Below, one piece after another: positions 38,926 to 51,111 of a stretch of DNA of 64,000 nt; the stretch's first letter is position 1, and each line of letters begins with the position of its first letter. The stretch covers positions 188,992 to 252,991 of the forward strand of contig CAVWRG010000004.1 of the NCBI GenBank assembly GCA_963757355.1. Direction: 5' to 3'. The stretch is from an uncultured Acidobacteriota bacterium (GTDB lineage: Bacteria > Acidobacteriota > Vicinamibacteria > Vicinamibacterales > CAVVIG01). The position numbers and the translations under genes were made by a program. Below the pieces are notes generated by a model. It had not been told where the DNA came from and ran no database searches. It saw only the letters and a list, made by a program, of their open reading frames with translations.

Positions 38926-40062
38926 TTGGATAATCTGACTCACAGTCTGTTCGCCGTCACCCTCGGCCGCACGGCGCTGGGCCGCGCCGGCCGCGGCACG
39001 ACGGCGGCTCTGCTCATCGCCTCCAACATTCCGGACATCGACATCGTCACGCTCGCCGGCGGTGGCGCGTCGTACCTGAAATGGCACCGCGGTCCGACGC
39101 ACGGCCCGATCGGCATCATCGTCCTCGGCCTCGTATCCGCGGGATTGGTGTGGTTGTGGCAGCGGTTTCGCGACAACCGGCACGGCAACAGCAACAACGG
39201 ACGGCCCCCGGGTCCCGACGAGCCGCGCGCTTCGTTCGGCATGCTGGCCGCGATCGGGATCATCGGTGTCGTGCTGCACGTGCTGATGGACATCCCGACC
39301 TCCTACGGCACCCGCGTGCTGAGCCCGTTCGATTGGCACTGGTTTGCGGCGGACTGGCTGCCGATCATCGACGTCTACCTGCTGATGGCGCTCGCGATCG
39401 GCCTGCTGTTCGGCGCCGCTTCGCCAGCGGCGCGCCGGCGCAACGCGGCGATCGTGCTCATGCTGATGGCCGCGAACTACGGCGTCCGCGGCATCGCACA
39501 CCACGAGGCGCTTGTCGTGGCCCCGCGTCTGTTCGGCCCGCTGCTGCCCACGAAATGCGATCCGGAGGCCGCGGCGACCGGTGTCCTGGACCACTGGCCC
39601 CGCCCAGACATCATGACGGGTCCCGTGCCGGGCCGGCGATGTCTCGTCGAAATCGCGGCGATGCCGACGTTCGTGTCGCCCTTCAAATGGCGGGTGATCG
39701 CGCACCTCTCGAATGCGTACGAGATTCACGAGCTGGATCTGCTCGATGCGCGCGTTCGCGGCGCGTCCCCTGCCGCAGAGAATCTCTGGCGTGTGACGCT
39801 GCGGTTTCCCAACAACTGGATGCCGCGCGTGACGCAGGCGGCCGCGACGGACCTCGGCCGCGTCTTCCTCGGCTTTTCGCGGTTTCCCTCCGCGCGCGCT
39901 TTCACCGATCCGAGCGGCGCCACGACCGTCCGCTGGAGCGACATGCGGTTTGCCGGCGGGATCCTCACGCTCGATCAGCCGGTTCGCCGCCCGGATCCGT
40001 TCACGGCGACGGTGCACATCGGCGCCGATGGCCGCGTGGACGGCGAGCGGCTCGGACGTTGA
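38926..40062 (+). CDS. Membrane-bound metal-dependent hydrolase (YbcI/YdjM-like)
   Basis: (M)DNLTH, PDID, HRGPTH, HVLMD..TSYG motifs; TTG start. Confidence 0.85.
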   Translation: MDNLTHSLFAVTLGRTALGRAGRGTTAALLIASNIPDIDIVTLAGGGASYLKWHRGPTHGPIGIIVLGLVSAGLVWLWQRFRDNRHGNSNNGRPPGPDEPRASFGMLAAIGIIGVVLHVLMDIPTSYGTRVLSPFDWHWFAADWLPIIDVYLLMALAIGLLFGAASPAARRRNAAIVLMLMAANYGVRGIAHHEALVVAPRLFGPLLPTKCDPEAAATGVLDHWPRPDIMTGPVPGRRCLVEIAAMPTFVSPFKWRVIAHLSNAYEIHELDLLDARVRGASPAAENLWRVTLRFPNNWMPRVTQAAATDLGRVFLGFSRFPSARAFTDPSGATTVRWSDMRFAGGILTLDQPVRRPDPFTATVHIGADGRVDGERLGR

Positions 40063-40952
40063 TGCCGCGGCTCGGCGCGCACATGTCGGTCGCCGGCGGC
40101 CTGCCGCGCGCGGTCGAGCGTGCCGTCCTCCATCGATGCGACGCGCTGCAGATCTTCACGAAGAACGCGAGCCAATGGCGCGGCCGCGAATTGCCGCCCG
40201 AGGAAGTCCGCGCGTTCCGCACGCAGGTGGAGGCGGCGAAGATCCATCCGGTCGTGTCGCACGCCAGCTATCTGATCAACCTGGCGACGACGAGCGAAGC
40301 GCTGCGCGCGCAATCGATGGCCGCGATGGGTGACGAGCTCGATCGCGCGGAGGCGTTGGGGCTGCTCGGCGTCGTCCTGCATCCGGGCTGTTATACGGCC
40401 GGCAGCGAGGCCGACGGCCTCAGTCTCGTCGCCGAGTCGCTGAGCGCCTTGCTCGGCGAGCGGCGGCGCGGCACCACGATGATTCTGATCGAGCACACCG
40501 CCGGGCAGGGCACGGCGCTCGGCTGCACGTTCGAGCAGCTCGCGTCGATCATCGCCAAGACGGGCGATCATCCGCGCGTCGGTGTGTGCCTCGACACGTG
40601 TCACCTGCTCGCGTCCGGCTACGATGTGTGCTCGCCGGAAGGGTACGCGGCGACCTTCGCGCAGTTTGGACGGGTGGTCGGCTTCGAGCGATTGCGAGCC
40701 TTTCATTTGAACGACTCGAAAAAGCCGCTCGGCAGCCGCGTCGATCGACATGAGCACATCGGCCGGGGGCATCTCGGCCTGGAGCCCTTCCGGCGCATCG
40801 TGAACGATCCGCGCTTCAGCAGATTGCCGATGCTGCTGGAGACGCCGAAGGCGGAGGGAAAGCCCAAAGGCGCGATTGCCATTGATCCGCTGGACGAGCA
40901 GAACCTGAACGCGCTACGCGCGCTTTTTGCGAAAGGGTCAACGGGCAGGTAA
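40062..40952 (+). CDS. nfo: Endonuclease IV
   Basis: GAHMS.AGG, QIFTKN, HASYLINL, HPG, E.TAGQG, DTCH, HLNDSK, DRHEHIG, ETP. Confidence 0.95.
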   Translation: MPRLGAHMSVAGGLPRAVERAVLHRCDALQIFTKNASQWRGRELPPEEVRAFRTQVEAAKIHPVVSHASYLINLATTSEALRAQSMAAMGDELDRAEALGLLGVVLHPGCYTAGSEADGLSLVAESLSALLGERRRGTTMILIEHTAGQGTALGCTFEQLASIIAKTGDHPRVGVCLDTCHLLASGYDVCSPEGYAATFAQFGRVVGFERLRAFHLNDSKKPLGSRVDRHEHIGRGHLGLEPFRRIVNDPRFSRLPMLLETPKAEGKPKGAIAIDPLDEQNLNALRALFAKGSTGR

Positions 40953-41011
40953 GCCAGGTAGGGCCCAACCCGCCCGACCTGCCCAACCTGCCCGACCCGC
41001 CCCACCTGCCC
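40943..41011. repeat. Nonamer inverted arms, GGGCAGG family; contains the nfo stop
   Basis: gggcaggtaagccaggtaggg followed by (acctgcccn)n. Confidence 0.8.
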
Positions 41012-41040
41012 TGTATTTCCCGCGTGTTAGCATTTGTCCC

Positions 41041-41349
41041 ATGGCGACCGAGCTCACCCGGGAGGATGTTTTGAAGATTGCGGCGCTCGCGAATCTGCGC
41101 CTCGAGGCGGCGGAGATCGAATTGTTCGCGCAGCAGATTGGTCACATCCTGGCGTACGTCGACGAAGTGCAGCAGGTGGACACGACGGGCGTCGCGCCCA
41201 CGGCCAGCGTGGTCGCACGATTTGCGGCGGACCGTGCGGACGAAGTGCAGCCGTGCCTCGACATCGCCGACACGCTCGCCAACGCGCCGGATCCGGACGA
41301 CTCGCGCGAAGAGGGCGGCTTCTTCAAAGTGCCGCGTGTGATCGGATGA
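41041..41349 (+). CDS. gatC: Asp/Glu-tRNA amidotransferase subunit C
   Basis: [21 protein letters not shown]. Confidence 0.93.
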   Translation: MATELTREDVLKIAALANLRLEAAEIELFAQQIGHILAYVDEVQQVDTTGVAPTASVVARFAADRADEVQPCLDIADTLANAPDPDDSREEGGFFKVPRVIG

Positions 41350-42923
41350 GCGGCGCGACCATCACCGATCTGCGCGACGCGGTGCGCTCCGGCGCGCGCA
41401 GCGCCACCGACATCTGCCGCGACGCGCTCGCCCGCATCGACGCACTCAACCCATCGCTCAACGCGTTCAACACCGTCGCCGCCGACCGGGCGATCGCCCG
41501 CGCCGCGGCGATCGACGCCGACCGCGATCGCTGGCGCCACGCGCCGCTGGCCGGCGTCCCGATCGCGATCAAGGACAACCTGTGCACGAAGGGCCTGCGC
41601 ACGACGGCGTCGTCGTGCATCCTCGACACCTACGTCCCGCCGTACGACGCCACGGCGGTGTCGCTTCTCGAGGCGGCGGGCGCGGTGATCGTCGGCAAGA
41701 CCAACTGCGACGAGTTCGCGATGGGCTCGTCGAACGAGAACTCGGCCTACGGGCCGGTGCACAATCCGTGGGCGCTCGATCGCACGCCGGGCGGAACGAG
41801 CGGCGGCTCGGCGGCCGCTGTCGCCGCGCGCCTCGTGCCGTTGGCGCTCGGGTCCGACACCGGCGGATCGATTCGCCAGCCGGCGGCCCTATGCGGCATC
41901 GTGGGCGTGAAGCCGACGTACGGCCGCGTCTCGCGCTACGGGCTGATCGCCCATGCCTCCTCGCTCGACCAGGTAGGACCGCTCGCCGCGACGGTCCACG
42001 ATGCGGCGCTGGCGCTGACGATCATCGCCGGTGTTGACGCCGCCGACGCGACCAGCGCGCCTGAGCCGGTTCCCGATTTCTCCGCCGCACTCACCGGCGA
42101 CATCCGCGGCGTCCGGATCGGCGTGCCGCGTGCGCTCGTGGGCGACGGCGTGGACCCTGACGTCTCGCGCGCATTCCACGCGGCGCTCGAGGTGCTCACC
42201 GCGCGAGGCGCCACGCTCGTCGACGTGGAGCTTCCGCACGCGCGTCACGCGATCCCGGTCTACTATCTTGTCGCCACGGCGGAAGCGAGCTCGAACCTGG
42301 CGCGCTACGACGGCGTGCGTTTCGGGTTCCGCGCGGGTGCGCGACGTCCGCTTCCAGCCGGATCCGACCAGGGACGGCGCGACACCGTCCCTGACGCGCT
42401 CTCGTCGGACGCTGGCCGTTACGATCTCAAAACGATGTACGCCGCAACGCGCGAGCTCGGCTTCGGCCCGGAAGTGAAGCGGCGGATCATGCTCGGCACG
42501 TACGTGCTGAGCGCCGGCTACTACGATGCGTACTATCTGAAAGCGCAGCAGGTGCGCACGCTGATCGTGAGCGACTACGACCGCGCCTTCGAGCGCGCGG
42601 ATCTCGTGGCCATGCCGACGAGCCCCACGGGCGCCTTCAGATTGGGCGAGCGCGTCGCCGATCCGCTGCAGATGTATCTCGCCGACGTCTTCACCGTCAG
42701 CGCCAATCTGGCCGGCCTGCCGGCAGTGAGCGTGCCCTGCGGCTTCACGCGGAGCAATGGGGCGCCGACGCTCGGCGATTCGCGAGTGAGCGCAGGCGGA
42801 CTGCCGATCGGCCTGCAGCTCACCGGCCGGCGTTTCGACGAGTCGACGATGCTGCGCACGGCGGAGGCGTACGAGCGGGACACTGAATGGTCGACCCAGA
42901 GCCCCCCCATCACGAGCCGCTGA
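41346..42923 (+). CDS. gatA: Asp/Glu-tRNA amidotransferase subunit A
   Basis: [55 protein letters not shown]. Confidence 0.96.
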   Translation: MSGATITDLRDAVRSGARSATDICRDALARIDALNPSLNAFNTVAADRAIARAAAIDADRDRWRHAPLAGVPIAIKDNLCTKGLRTTASSCILDTYVPPYDATAVSLLEAAGAVIVGKTNCDEFAMGSSNENSAYGPVHNPWALDRTPGGTSGGSAAAVAARLVPLALGSDTGGSIRQPAALCGIVGVKPTYGRVSRYGLIAHASSLDQVGPLAATVHDAALALTIIAGVDAADATSAPEPVPDFSAALTGDIRGVRIGVPRALVGDGVDPDVSRAFHAALEVLTARGATLVDVELPHARHAIPVYYLVATAEASSNLARYDGVRFGFRAGARRPLPAGSDQGRRDTVPDALSSDAGRYDLKTMYAATRELGFGPEVKRRIMLGTYVLSAGYYDAYYLKAQQVRTLIVSDYDRAFERADLVAMPTSPTGAFRLGERVADPLQMYLADVFTVSANLAGLPAVSVPCGFTRSNGAPTLGDSRVSAGGLPIGLQLTGRRFDESTMLRTAEAYERDTEWSTQSPPITSR

Positions 42924-43939
42924 CGCCGCCCGACTGGTGGGCGTCGCTCAGCGACGAGAAGCTGCTCGAGATCCGCCTGTGCGATCTGCACCTGTCGATC
43001 GCGGGCACCGACGTGGAGCAGCGCATCGCCGAAGTCAACGCCGAGCTCGAGGCACGCGGGCTGACGTTCCGTCCGCACTACTGGCTGTCGGACGAGTGGT
43101 TCACCCCCGACGGCGTGCCCGGCATCGCGATCCCGTTTTACCTGGCGCATCCGCGGCTGGCCCGGCTCGAGCTCGCGCAGATGCTGGAAGTTGAAGGGGG
43201 AGACCCGGCGTCCTGCCTGAAGATTCTGCGGCACGAGGTCGGCCACGCGATCGACAACGCCTACCGGCTGCAGCGGCGGCCGACGCGGCGGCGGTTGTTC
43301 GGGAATCCGTCGACGGAGTATCCCGAGTACTACACGCCGAAGCCGTACAGCAAAAGCTTCGTCCAGCATCTGGACCACTGGTACGCCCAGAGCCATCCGG
43401 ACGAAGATTTCGCCGAGACCTTCGCGGTGTGGGTCGATCCGCAGTCCATGTGGGCGATGCGCTACGCAGGCTGGCCGGCGCAGCGGAAGGTGGAATACAT
43501 GGATCGCCTGATGCGCCAGCTCGCGCACAGGCGGCCGACGGTGATCAGCCGCCGTGAGGTGGATCCGCTGCGGCGTCTCCGCAAGACGCTCGGCGAGCAT
43601 TATCGCCGGAAGCGGGAGCACTACGGCCTCGATCATCCCGATTTCTACGACAGCGATCTGCGCAACCTCTTCTCGAACGCGCCGGAATACACCAAGAATC
43701 CATCGGCGGCGCGATTCGTTCGCAAGATCCGCAAAGAGGTGCGCAGTACCGTCGCGAGCTTCACCGACAGTTACCAGTACACGATCGATCAGCTGATCCA
43801 GCAGATCGTCGCCCGCTGCCGCGAGCAGAATCTGCGGCTCACTGAATCCGAGGAGGCCACCAAGAATGATTTTCTCGTGTTCCTCACGGTGCAGACCATG
43901 AACTACCTGCATAGCGGCCGGCACCGGGTGGCGCTGTGA
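42887..43939 (+). CDS. Putative zinc-binding metallopeptidase (zincin-like)
   Basis: LRHEVGH and [15 protein letters not shown] motifs. Confidence 0.82.
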   Translation: MVDPEPPHHEPLTPPDWWASLSDEKLLEIRLCDLHLSIAGTDVEQRIAEVNAELEARGLTFRPHYWLSDEWFTPDGVPGIAIPFYLAHPRLARLELAQMLEVEGGDPASCLKILRHEVGHAIDNAYRLQRRPTRRRLFGNPSTEYPEYYTPKPYSKSFVQHLDHWYAQSHPDEDFAETFAVWVDPQSMWAMRYAGWPAQRKVEYMDRLMRQLAHRRPTVISRREVDPLRRLRKTLGEHYRRKREHYGLDHPDFYDSDLRNLFSNAPEYTKNPSAARFVRKIRKEVRSTVASFTDSYQYTIDQLIQQIVARCREQNLRLTESEEATKNDFLVFLTVQTMNYLHSGRHRVAL

Positions 43940-44967
43940 CGGTGACCCGGCTGCGCGTGCTCGCGCTCGTTCACCGGCACCTCATCCCACCCGACACCCT
44001 CGACGAGGGCACCGACATCGTGTCGGCGCCCTGGCGCACGGAATACGACGTGATCTCGACCCTGCGGGCGATGGGCCACGACGTGCAGGCGCTCGGCGTG
44101 CACGACGATCTCGGTGAGATCCGGCGCGTGGCGACCGAGTGGAAGCCGCACATCGCCTTCAATCTGCTCGAAGGATTCGACGACATCGCGATCTTCGACC
44201 AGAACGTCGTCTCGCACCTGGAGCTGCTGAAGCTGCCGTACACCGGCTGCAATCCGCGCGGGCTGCTGCTCGCACGCGACAAGTCGCTGTCGAAGAAGCT
44301 CCTCGCCTACCACCGCATTGCGGTGCCCGAGTTCGAGGTGTTCCGCGCCGGGCGGCCGATTCGGCGGCCCAAGCGGCTGCCCTTTCCACTGATCGTGAAG
44401 TCGCTGACGCAGGAAGCCTCCATCGGGATCTCGCAGGCGTCGGTGGTCGACAGCGACGACAAGCTGAAGGAGCGCGTCGCCTTCATCCACGAGAGCATCG
44501 GCACGGCGGCAATCGTCGAGCAGTACATCGAGGGGCGCGAGCTGTACGTCGGCATCCTCGGCAACCAGACGCTGCAGTCGCTGCCGGTCTGGGAGCTGTT
44601 CTTCTCCAACATGCCGCCTGAGGCGAAGCGCATCGCGACCGATCGGGTGAAGTGGAGCGTGAAGTATCAGAAGAAGTACGGCATCGAGAGCGGGGCCGCC
44701 AAGGATCTCCCCGAGGCGGTGTGCGACATGATCCACCATGTCTGCAAGCGCGCGTTTCGCGCGTTGGAGCTGAGCGGCTTCGCGCGCATCGATCTGCGGC
44801 TGGACGGAGCCGGCCGCGTCTGGGTGCTGGAAGCGAACCCGAATCCGCAGATTGCCAAGGGCGAGGACTTCGCGGCGTCGGCCGAGAAGGTCGGCCTGAG
44901 CTATGAGACGGTGCTCCAGCGCATCATCAATCTCGGATTACGGTGGCAGCCCGAGAGCGTGGCTTGA
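43936..44967 (+). CDS. D-Ala-D-Ala ligase-like ATP-grasp enzyme
   Basis: PYTG, DK..SK, FPLIVK....ASIGI, EQYIEGRE, ARIDLR, LEANPNP; lacks the canonical Ddl GG.S.E N-terminus. Confidence 0.85.
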   Translation: MTVTRLRVLALVHRHLIPPDTLDEGTDIVSAPWRTEYDVISTLRAMGHDVQALGVHDDLGEIRRVATEWKPHIAFNLLEGFDDIAIFDQNVVSHLELLKLPYTGCNPRGLLLARDKSLSKKLLAYHRIAVPEFEVFRAGRPIRRPKRLPFPLIVKSLTQEASIGISQASVVDSDDKLKERVAFIHESIGTAAIVEQYIEGRELYVGILGNQTLQSLPVWELFFSNMPPEAKRIATDRVKWSVKYQKKYGIESGAAKDLPEAVCDMIHHVCKRAFRALELSGFARIDLRLDGAGRVWVLEANPNPQIAKGEDFAASAEKVGLSYETVLQRIINLGLRWQPESVA

Positions 44968-45055
44968 TCAGGGATCAGGGATCAACCACGAAGCTCACGA
45001 AGGCACGAAGACGTTTCGTGCAAAATTGTTTCGTGTTTTCGTGGCCTTCGTGGTT
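44966..45055. repeat. (GATCAGG)n followed by CACGAAG nonamer inverted arms
   Basis: aaccacgaagctcacgaaggcacgaag, core, ttcgtgttttcgtggccttcgtggtt. Confidence 0.8.
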
Positions 45056-45137
45056 CGGGACGGCGGTTGCCGAACGCTTCAGTCGAGCGTCGCGGGATAG
45101 CGCGACACCTCTGGCCGGACCCGTCAGGGCGACCGCG

Positions 45138-45410
45138 TCAGCGGCTGACGGCCGGCAGCGCGCGCGGGCGCATCATCAGCCACACACAGAAAGCGATGAA
45201 GACGAACGGGAGGAGTGGCAGCAGCAGTGCGAATGAAACGGCGAGCATGGCGAACAGCACGCCGGCCACCACCATCAGGAGCACGACCGGCAAGAGCAGG
45301 AGAGCGACCGCGGCCTTGAACACCAGCCGCAGCAGCAGGAACGGGAGAAACAGGAGTCCCATCACCATCAGGACGGCGAGCTTGATCGGCAGGAGCAGCA
45401 GCGACAGCAT
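45138..45410 (-). CDS. Small, highly hydrophobic membrane protein
   Basis: 90 aa Leu-rich; SD ggag upstream of ATG. Confidence 0.65.
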   Translation of the reverse strand: MLSLLLLPIKLAVLMVMGLLFLPFLLLRLVFKAAVALLLLPVVLLMVVAGVLFAMLAVSFALLLPLLPFVFIAFCVWLMMRPRALPAVSR

Positions 45411-45477
45411 GTGATCTCCGCAAGCCGGTGCCCGACACCCGGCGAAACGGCGGACCTCGCGCGGCCCGCCCTACCGA

Positions 45478-45744
45478 TCACTTACGTGCAGCCGCCTCGA
45501 GGAGTTCCGGCGAACGCAGCTGATCGGACGGCCCACTCGGCGCGTTCGGCTGGAGATACTCCATCGGGCGATGGGAGATGCGCTCGTCGAGGCTCTTGAC
45601 GACCCTCGCACTTCCGCCCGCCGTCTTTTTCAGCTTCGTGAAGCCGAAGATCACGCAGAAGCCGATGAAGAGCGCGAGGACGAACACCGTGCTCGACGCC
45701 AGCCCTTGAACGGCGCCGGCGATCAGCTGCTGGAGCTCCGTCAT
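45478..45744 (-). CDS. Small single-pass membrane protein of unknown function
   Basis: One TM segment; ATGA overlap with the rpoZ stop; SD ggagg. Confidence 0.7.
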   Translation of the reverse strand: MTELQQLIAGAVQGLASSTVFVLALFIGFCVIFGFTKLKKTAGGSARVVKSLDERISHRPMEYLQPNAPSGPSDQLRSPELLEAAARK

Positions 45745-46025
45745 AGGCCATCCTCCGGCTCGGAAGCCGGTCTCGGCGGCGGCACGTCGTACTGCACCAA
45801 TCCGCGCCGCACTTCCTCCATCGCCAGCCGCTCGGCTTTCTTCGGCAGGTGCAGGATATCCGCTTCGGCGAAGCGGAGGCGCGCGCCCCGGCGCAACTGC
45901 TTGGCACGGAGTGCCGCCACGTCGACGAACAGGAAGCGGCTGTAGATCGGCGGCGCCGGATCCAGATTCAGGTCCGGCGTCGCGTTTTCGTGGTTCATGT
46001 CGTTCGGTTCGGTTGCGTGATTCAT
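45741..46025 (-). CDS. rpoZ: RNA polymerase omega subunit
   Basis: SRFLFV.VAALRAKQL..GA and K..R.AMEEV..G motifs; start uncertain (46025 or 45998). Confidence 0.8.
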   Translation of the reverse strand: MNHATEPNDMNHENATPDLNLDPAPPIYSRFLFVDVAALRAKQLRRGARLRFAEADILHLPKKAERLAMEEVRRGLVQYDVPPPRPASEPEDGL

Positions 46026-46057
46026 GACCGGGATAGAGCGTAGCATGATGATCATCA

Positions 46058-46163
46058 GGGCAGGAAGTGCAGGAAGGCCAGGACGGGCAGGATGAGCCAA
46101 GGCGTGATGCCCTCCTGCCGTCCGCCCCTCCAGCCTGTCCTGCCCATCCTGCCCTACCCGCCC

Positions 46164-46164
<1 letters not shown>
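46058..46164. repeat. Nonamer inverted arms, GGGCAGG family
   Basis: gggcaggaagtgcaggaaggccaggacgggcagg, core, cctgccgtccgcccctccagcctgtcctgcccatcctgccc; abuts the dnaK stop. Confidence 0.8.
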
Positions 46165-48068
<1,904 letters not shown>

Positions 48069-48101
48069 CGGATTCTGTCCCCCAATCTCTTGATGAGAGG
48101 A

Positions 48102-48130
48102 AGTATAGAAGCGCTATTAGTCTATGTCAA
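48102..48130 (-). promoter_or_regulatory. Consensus sigma70 promoter of dnaK
   Basis: Minus strand TTGACA, 17 nt, TATACT. Confidence 0.85.
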
Positions 48131-48138
48131 GCAATTTA

Positions 48139-48159
48139 TATGAGTGCTACTAACTAAAC
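48139..48159. promoter_or_regulatory. HAIR-like (HspR) operator overlapping a CIRCE half-site
   Basis: TATGAGT-N7-ACTAAAC versus consensus CTTGAGT-N7-ACTCAAG; contains GAGTGCTA. Confidence 0.45.
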
Positions 48160-48172
48160 TACATGCCTGGCA

Positions 48173-48359
48173 AGGCAGGTAGGGCTGGTAGGGCAGGACG
48201 GGACGCCTCGCCGGTCCGGTCGGCCTGTTAGCTGGTCTGAGCAGCGAACCGCGGCTCGGCTCAAACGAATGGCCGGGCTCTCCCACCCGCCCCACTGCCC
48301 CTCCAGCCCTTCCTGTCCTTCCTGCCCTTCCGGCCCCTCCTGCCCTGCCCGCCCTCCCT
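48173..48359. repeat. Nonamer inverted arms, GGGCAGG family, around a ~90-nt unique core
   Basis: aggcaggtagggctggtagggcaggacggg ... ctgcccctccagcccttcctgtccttcctgccc. Confidence 0.75.
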
Positions 48360-48375
48360 GTGCGATCATTCGTTC

Positions 48376-48840
48376 ATGCGCTCTCGCATTCATGCCGTCG
48401 TCCTGCCGTCCGAAGTCAACGAGTTCGCTGACGAGGTGCGGCGCGTCTTTCTCGAGCTCGGTCGCACGTTCGGCCTCGAATCGCTGGCGGGCGAATGCTC
48501 GCCAGCGATGGATGTCTACGAGACGGACGAGACCCTGGAGATCGTGGCCGACCTTCCCGGCGTGAGTCCCGATGCACTACGGGTGCTCATCAAGGGGAGC
48601 GCGGTGTTGATCGTCGGCGAGAAACCGGCGCGGCGGGCGCAAGGCGAATCGAGCTTCCATCTCGTCGAGCGCGGGTTCGGACGGTTCGCGCGCAGCGTCC
48701 GCCTCACGCAGCCGTGCAATGGCGCGAACGCCCGCGCCACGATGGCGGCCGGGGAGCTGCGGGTGTCGATCCCGAAGATCGCCGATCGCCGTGGACGCAG
48801 CATCCAGGTGCGCGTCATGCTGGCGGCACCGCCGTCGTGA
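48376..48840 (+). CDS. Hsp20/alpha-crystallin small heat-shock protein
   Basis: P.MDVYET, DLPGV, ER.FG.F.R.V.L, G.L.V.IPK. Confidence 0.9.
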   Translation: MRSRIHAVVLPSEVNEFADEVRRVFLELGRTFGLESLAGECSPAMDVYETDETLEIVADLPGVSPDALRVLIKGSAVLIVGEKPARRAQGESSFHLVERGFGRFARSVRLTQPCNGANARATMAAGELRVSIPKIADRRGRSIQVRVMLAAPPS

Positions 48841-49655
48841 CGCGCATCCTGTTCATCGGCGACATCGTCGGCAAGCCGGGGCGCGAGCTGGTGCGCCGCG
48901 GCCTCGCGGGGATTGTGGCGGAGCATGCGATCGACTGCGTGATCGCGAACGCGGAAAACTCGGCGGCCGGGTTCGGCATCACGCGCGAGATCGGCGAACA
49001 CCTTCTGGACTATGGTGTCGACGTGATGACGTCGGGCAACCACATCTGGGACAAGAAGGAAGCGATCGATTACATCGGGATCGAGCCGCGTCTGCTGCGG
49101 CCGATCAACTATCCGGCGGGCGTTCCGGGAAACGGCAGCTACGTCGCGCGCGGGCGGAACGATGTGAGCGTCGGCGTCATCAACGGCATGGGGCGGGTGT
49201 TCATGCTGAACATCGACGATCCGTTCGCGGTGATCGCGCGCGAAGTCGCGGCATTGCGGCAGCGGACGCGCATCATCTTCGTCGACTTTCACGCCGAGGC
49301 CACATCGGAAAAGATCGCGATGGGATGGCATCTCGACGGAACGGTCACGGCCGTCGTGGGCACGCACACGCACGTGCAGACGGCCGACGAGCGGATCCTT
49401 CCGAAGGGAACGGCGTATCTCACCGACGTCGGCATGACGGGGCCGCACGATTCGATCATCGGCGTCGAGATCGCGCCGGCGCTCGGCCGCTTCCTGAACG
49501 GGATGCCGGCGCGATTCGAAACGGCGACCGCCAACCCGCGGCTGAACGCGGTTGTCGTCGAAGCGGACGAACAAACCGGGCGGGCGTCCGACATCGAGCG
49601 ATTGAGCTACAGCCTCGAGGAGATCGTGGCACTGGCTGGAACGGCCCATGACTGA
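48837..49655 (+). CDS. YmdB-like metallophosphoesterase
   Basis: ILFIGDIVG.PGR, N.EN.A.G.G, GNH, DFHAEATSEK, GTHTHV.TAD, DVGMTG. Confidence 0.93.
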   Translation: MTRILFIGDIVGKPGRELVRRGLAGIVAEHAIDCVIANAENSAAGFGITREIGEHLLDYGVDVMTSGNHIWDKKEAIDYIGIEPRLLRPINYPAGVPGNGSYVARGRNDVSVGVINGMGRVFMLNIDDPFAVIAREVAALRQRTRIIFVDFHAEATSEKIAMGWHLDGTVTAVVGTHTHVQTADERILPKGTAYLTDVGMTGPHDSIIGVEIAPALGRFLNGMPARFETATANPRLNAVVVEADEQTGRASDIERLSYSLEEIVALAGTAHD

Positions 49656-51105
49656 CCTGTTCGATCTGCCGTTCGAAGAGGAGGACGACATTCGTCAGTC
49701 ACCAGTCGTCAGTCCCCAGTCGCCGGGCCCGGACGAGTCGATGAACACGGCACAGAACGACCGCCGACTGAAGACTACCCGAAGGGTCCTTTCCGTTACC
49801 GAGCTGACGGTCCGAATCCGCGACGTGGTCGAAGCCGAGTTCTACGAGGTCTGGGTCGAAGGCGAACTTTCGAACTGCCGCGTGTGGAACACGGGGCATC
49901 TCTACTTCACGTTGAAGGACGGATCGGCGCAGATTCGCGGCGTGATCTTTCGATCGGCGCTTCGGTATCTGAAGTTCAAGCCGGCCGACGGACTCCGTGT
50001 CGTCGCGCGCGGACGCGTGTCCGTGTACGAGCCGAAGGGTGAATATCAGCTCGTCTGCGAGCACCTCGAGCCACAAGGACTGGGCGCGCTGCAGCTGGCG
50101 TTCGAGCAGCTGAAGACGCGGCTGCAGGCGGAGGGCCTGTTCGACGCCGGGCGCAAACGTGCCCTGCCCGCGCTCCCCCGCAAGATTGGCATCGTCACGT
50201 CTCTCGACGGCGCCGCCATTCGCGACATCATCAACGTCCTGCGGCGGCGGTACGCGAACGCGCATCTCGTCATCCGTCCGACCCGCGTGCAAGGCGACGG
50301 CGCGGCGCTCGAGATCGCGCGCGGCGTCAAGGCGATCGGACGGGTCGCCGGCGTGGACGTCGTGATCGTGGGTCGGGGCGGTGGATCGATCGAGGATCTC
50401 TGGGCGTTCAACGAGGAGATTGTCGCGCGCGCGATCGCGCGATCGCCAGTGCCGGTCATTTCCGCCGTGGGGCACGAGACGGACGTGACGATCGCCGACT
50501 TCGTCGCCGACCTGCGCGCGCCAACGCCGTCGGCGGCGGCCGAGCTCGTCGTCTCCGCGAAGGACGACTTCTGCGGGCGCATCGACGGCTTGCAGGACCG
50601 GCTCCACGCGGCGGCGCTGCGGCGCGTGCAGACGATGAGCCGCCGCGTGCACATGATCGGCGGCCGCCCGGCGTTCGCAGGCTACCCTGGGCGGCTCGCG
50701 ATGAAGGGCCGTCACGTGGCGGACCTCGGTCATGCGATGGCCCGAGCGGCGCGCACGGCGATGGCGAATCGCAGCCGGCGTCTTCTGCAGTTGCAGCGAC
50801 AGCTCGACACATTTGGCGTCGACCGCCGGCTTGCCGCGGTCCGCGCGCGCCTGTCGGGCGCAGACGGCCGGATGGCGGCGGCGATCACGCGGCGGCATCA
50901 CGTGGCCGCGCTGCAGGTGCGCAACTGCGCCGGCCGCCTCGACACGCTCAGTCCCCTCGCGGTCCTCGGACGCGGCTATGCGGTCGCATGGAATGCCGAC
51001 AAAACACGCGTGCTGCGCGACGCATCGGTCGTGACACCGGGCGACACCGTACGCGTCACGCTGGCGCGCGGGGAGCTGGAGTGCGAGGTACGGGACAAGA
51101 CGTAA
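49648..51105 (+). CDS. xseA: Exodeoxyribonuclease VII large subunit
   Basis: VWVEGELSN, GHLYFTLKD, RGGGSIEDLWAFNEE, SAVGHETD, APTPSAAAE. Confidence 0.96.
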   Translation: MTDLFDLPFEEEDDIRQSPVVSPQSPGPDESMNTAQNDRRLKTTRRVLSVTELTVRIRDVVEAEFYEVWVEGELSNCRVWNTGHLYFTLKDGSAQIRGVIFRSALRYLKFKPADGLRVVARGRVSVYEPKGEYQLVCEHLEPQGLGALQLAFEQLKTRLQAEGLFDAGRKRALPALPRKIGIVTSLDGAAIRDIINVLRRRYANAHLVIRPTRVQGDGAALEIARGVKAIGRVAGVDVVIVGRGGGSIEDLWAFNEEIVARAIARSPVPVISAVGHETDVTIADFVADLRAPTPSAAAELVVSAKDDFCGRIDGLQDRLHAAALRRVQTMSRRVHMIGGRPAFAGYPGRLAMKGRHVADLGHAMARAARTAMANRSRRLLQLQRQLDTFGVDRRLAAVRARLSGADGRMAAAITRRHHVAALQVRNCAGRLDTLSPLAVLGRGYAVAWNADKTRVLRDASVVTPGDTVRVTLARGELECEVRDKT

Positions 51106-51111
51106 CGCGCC

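Noticed and set aside
48131-48160. Complete CIRCE element
   Set aside because: Only one half (TAGCACTC) is present; the partner half at 9-nt spacing does not match.
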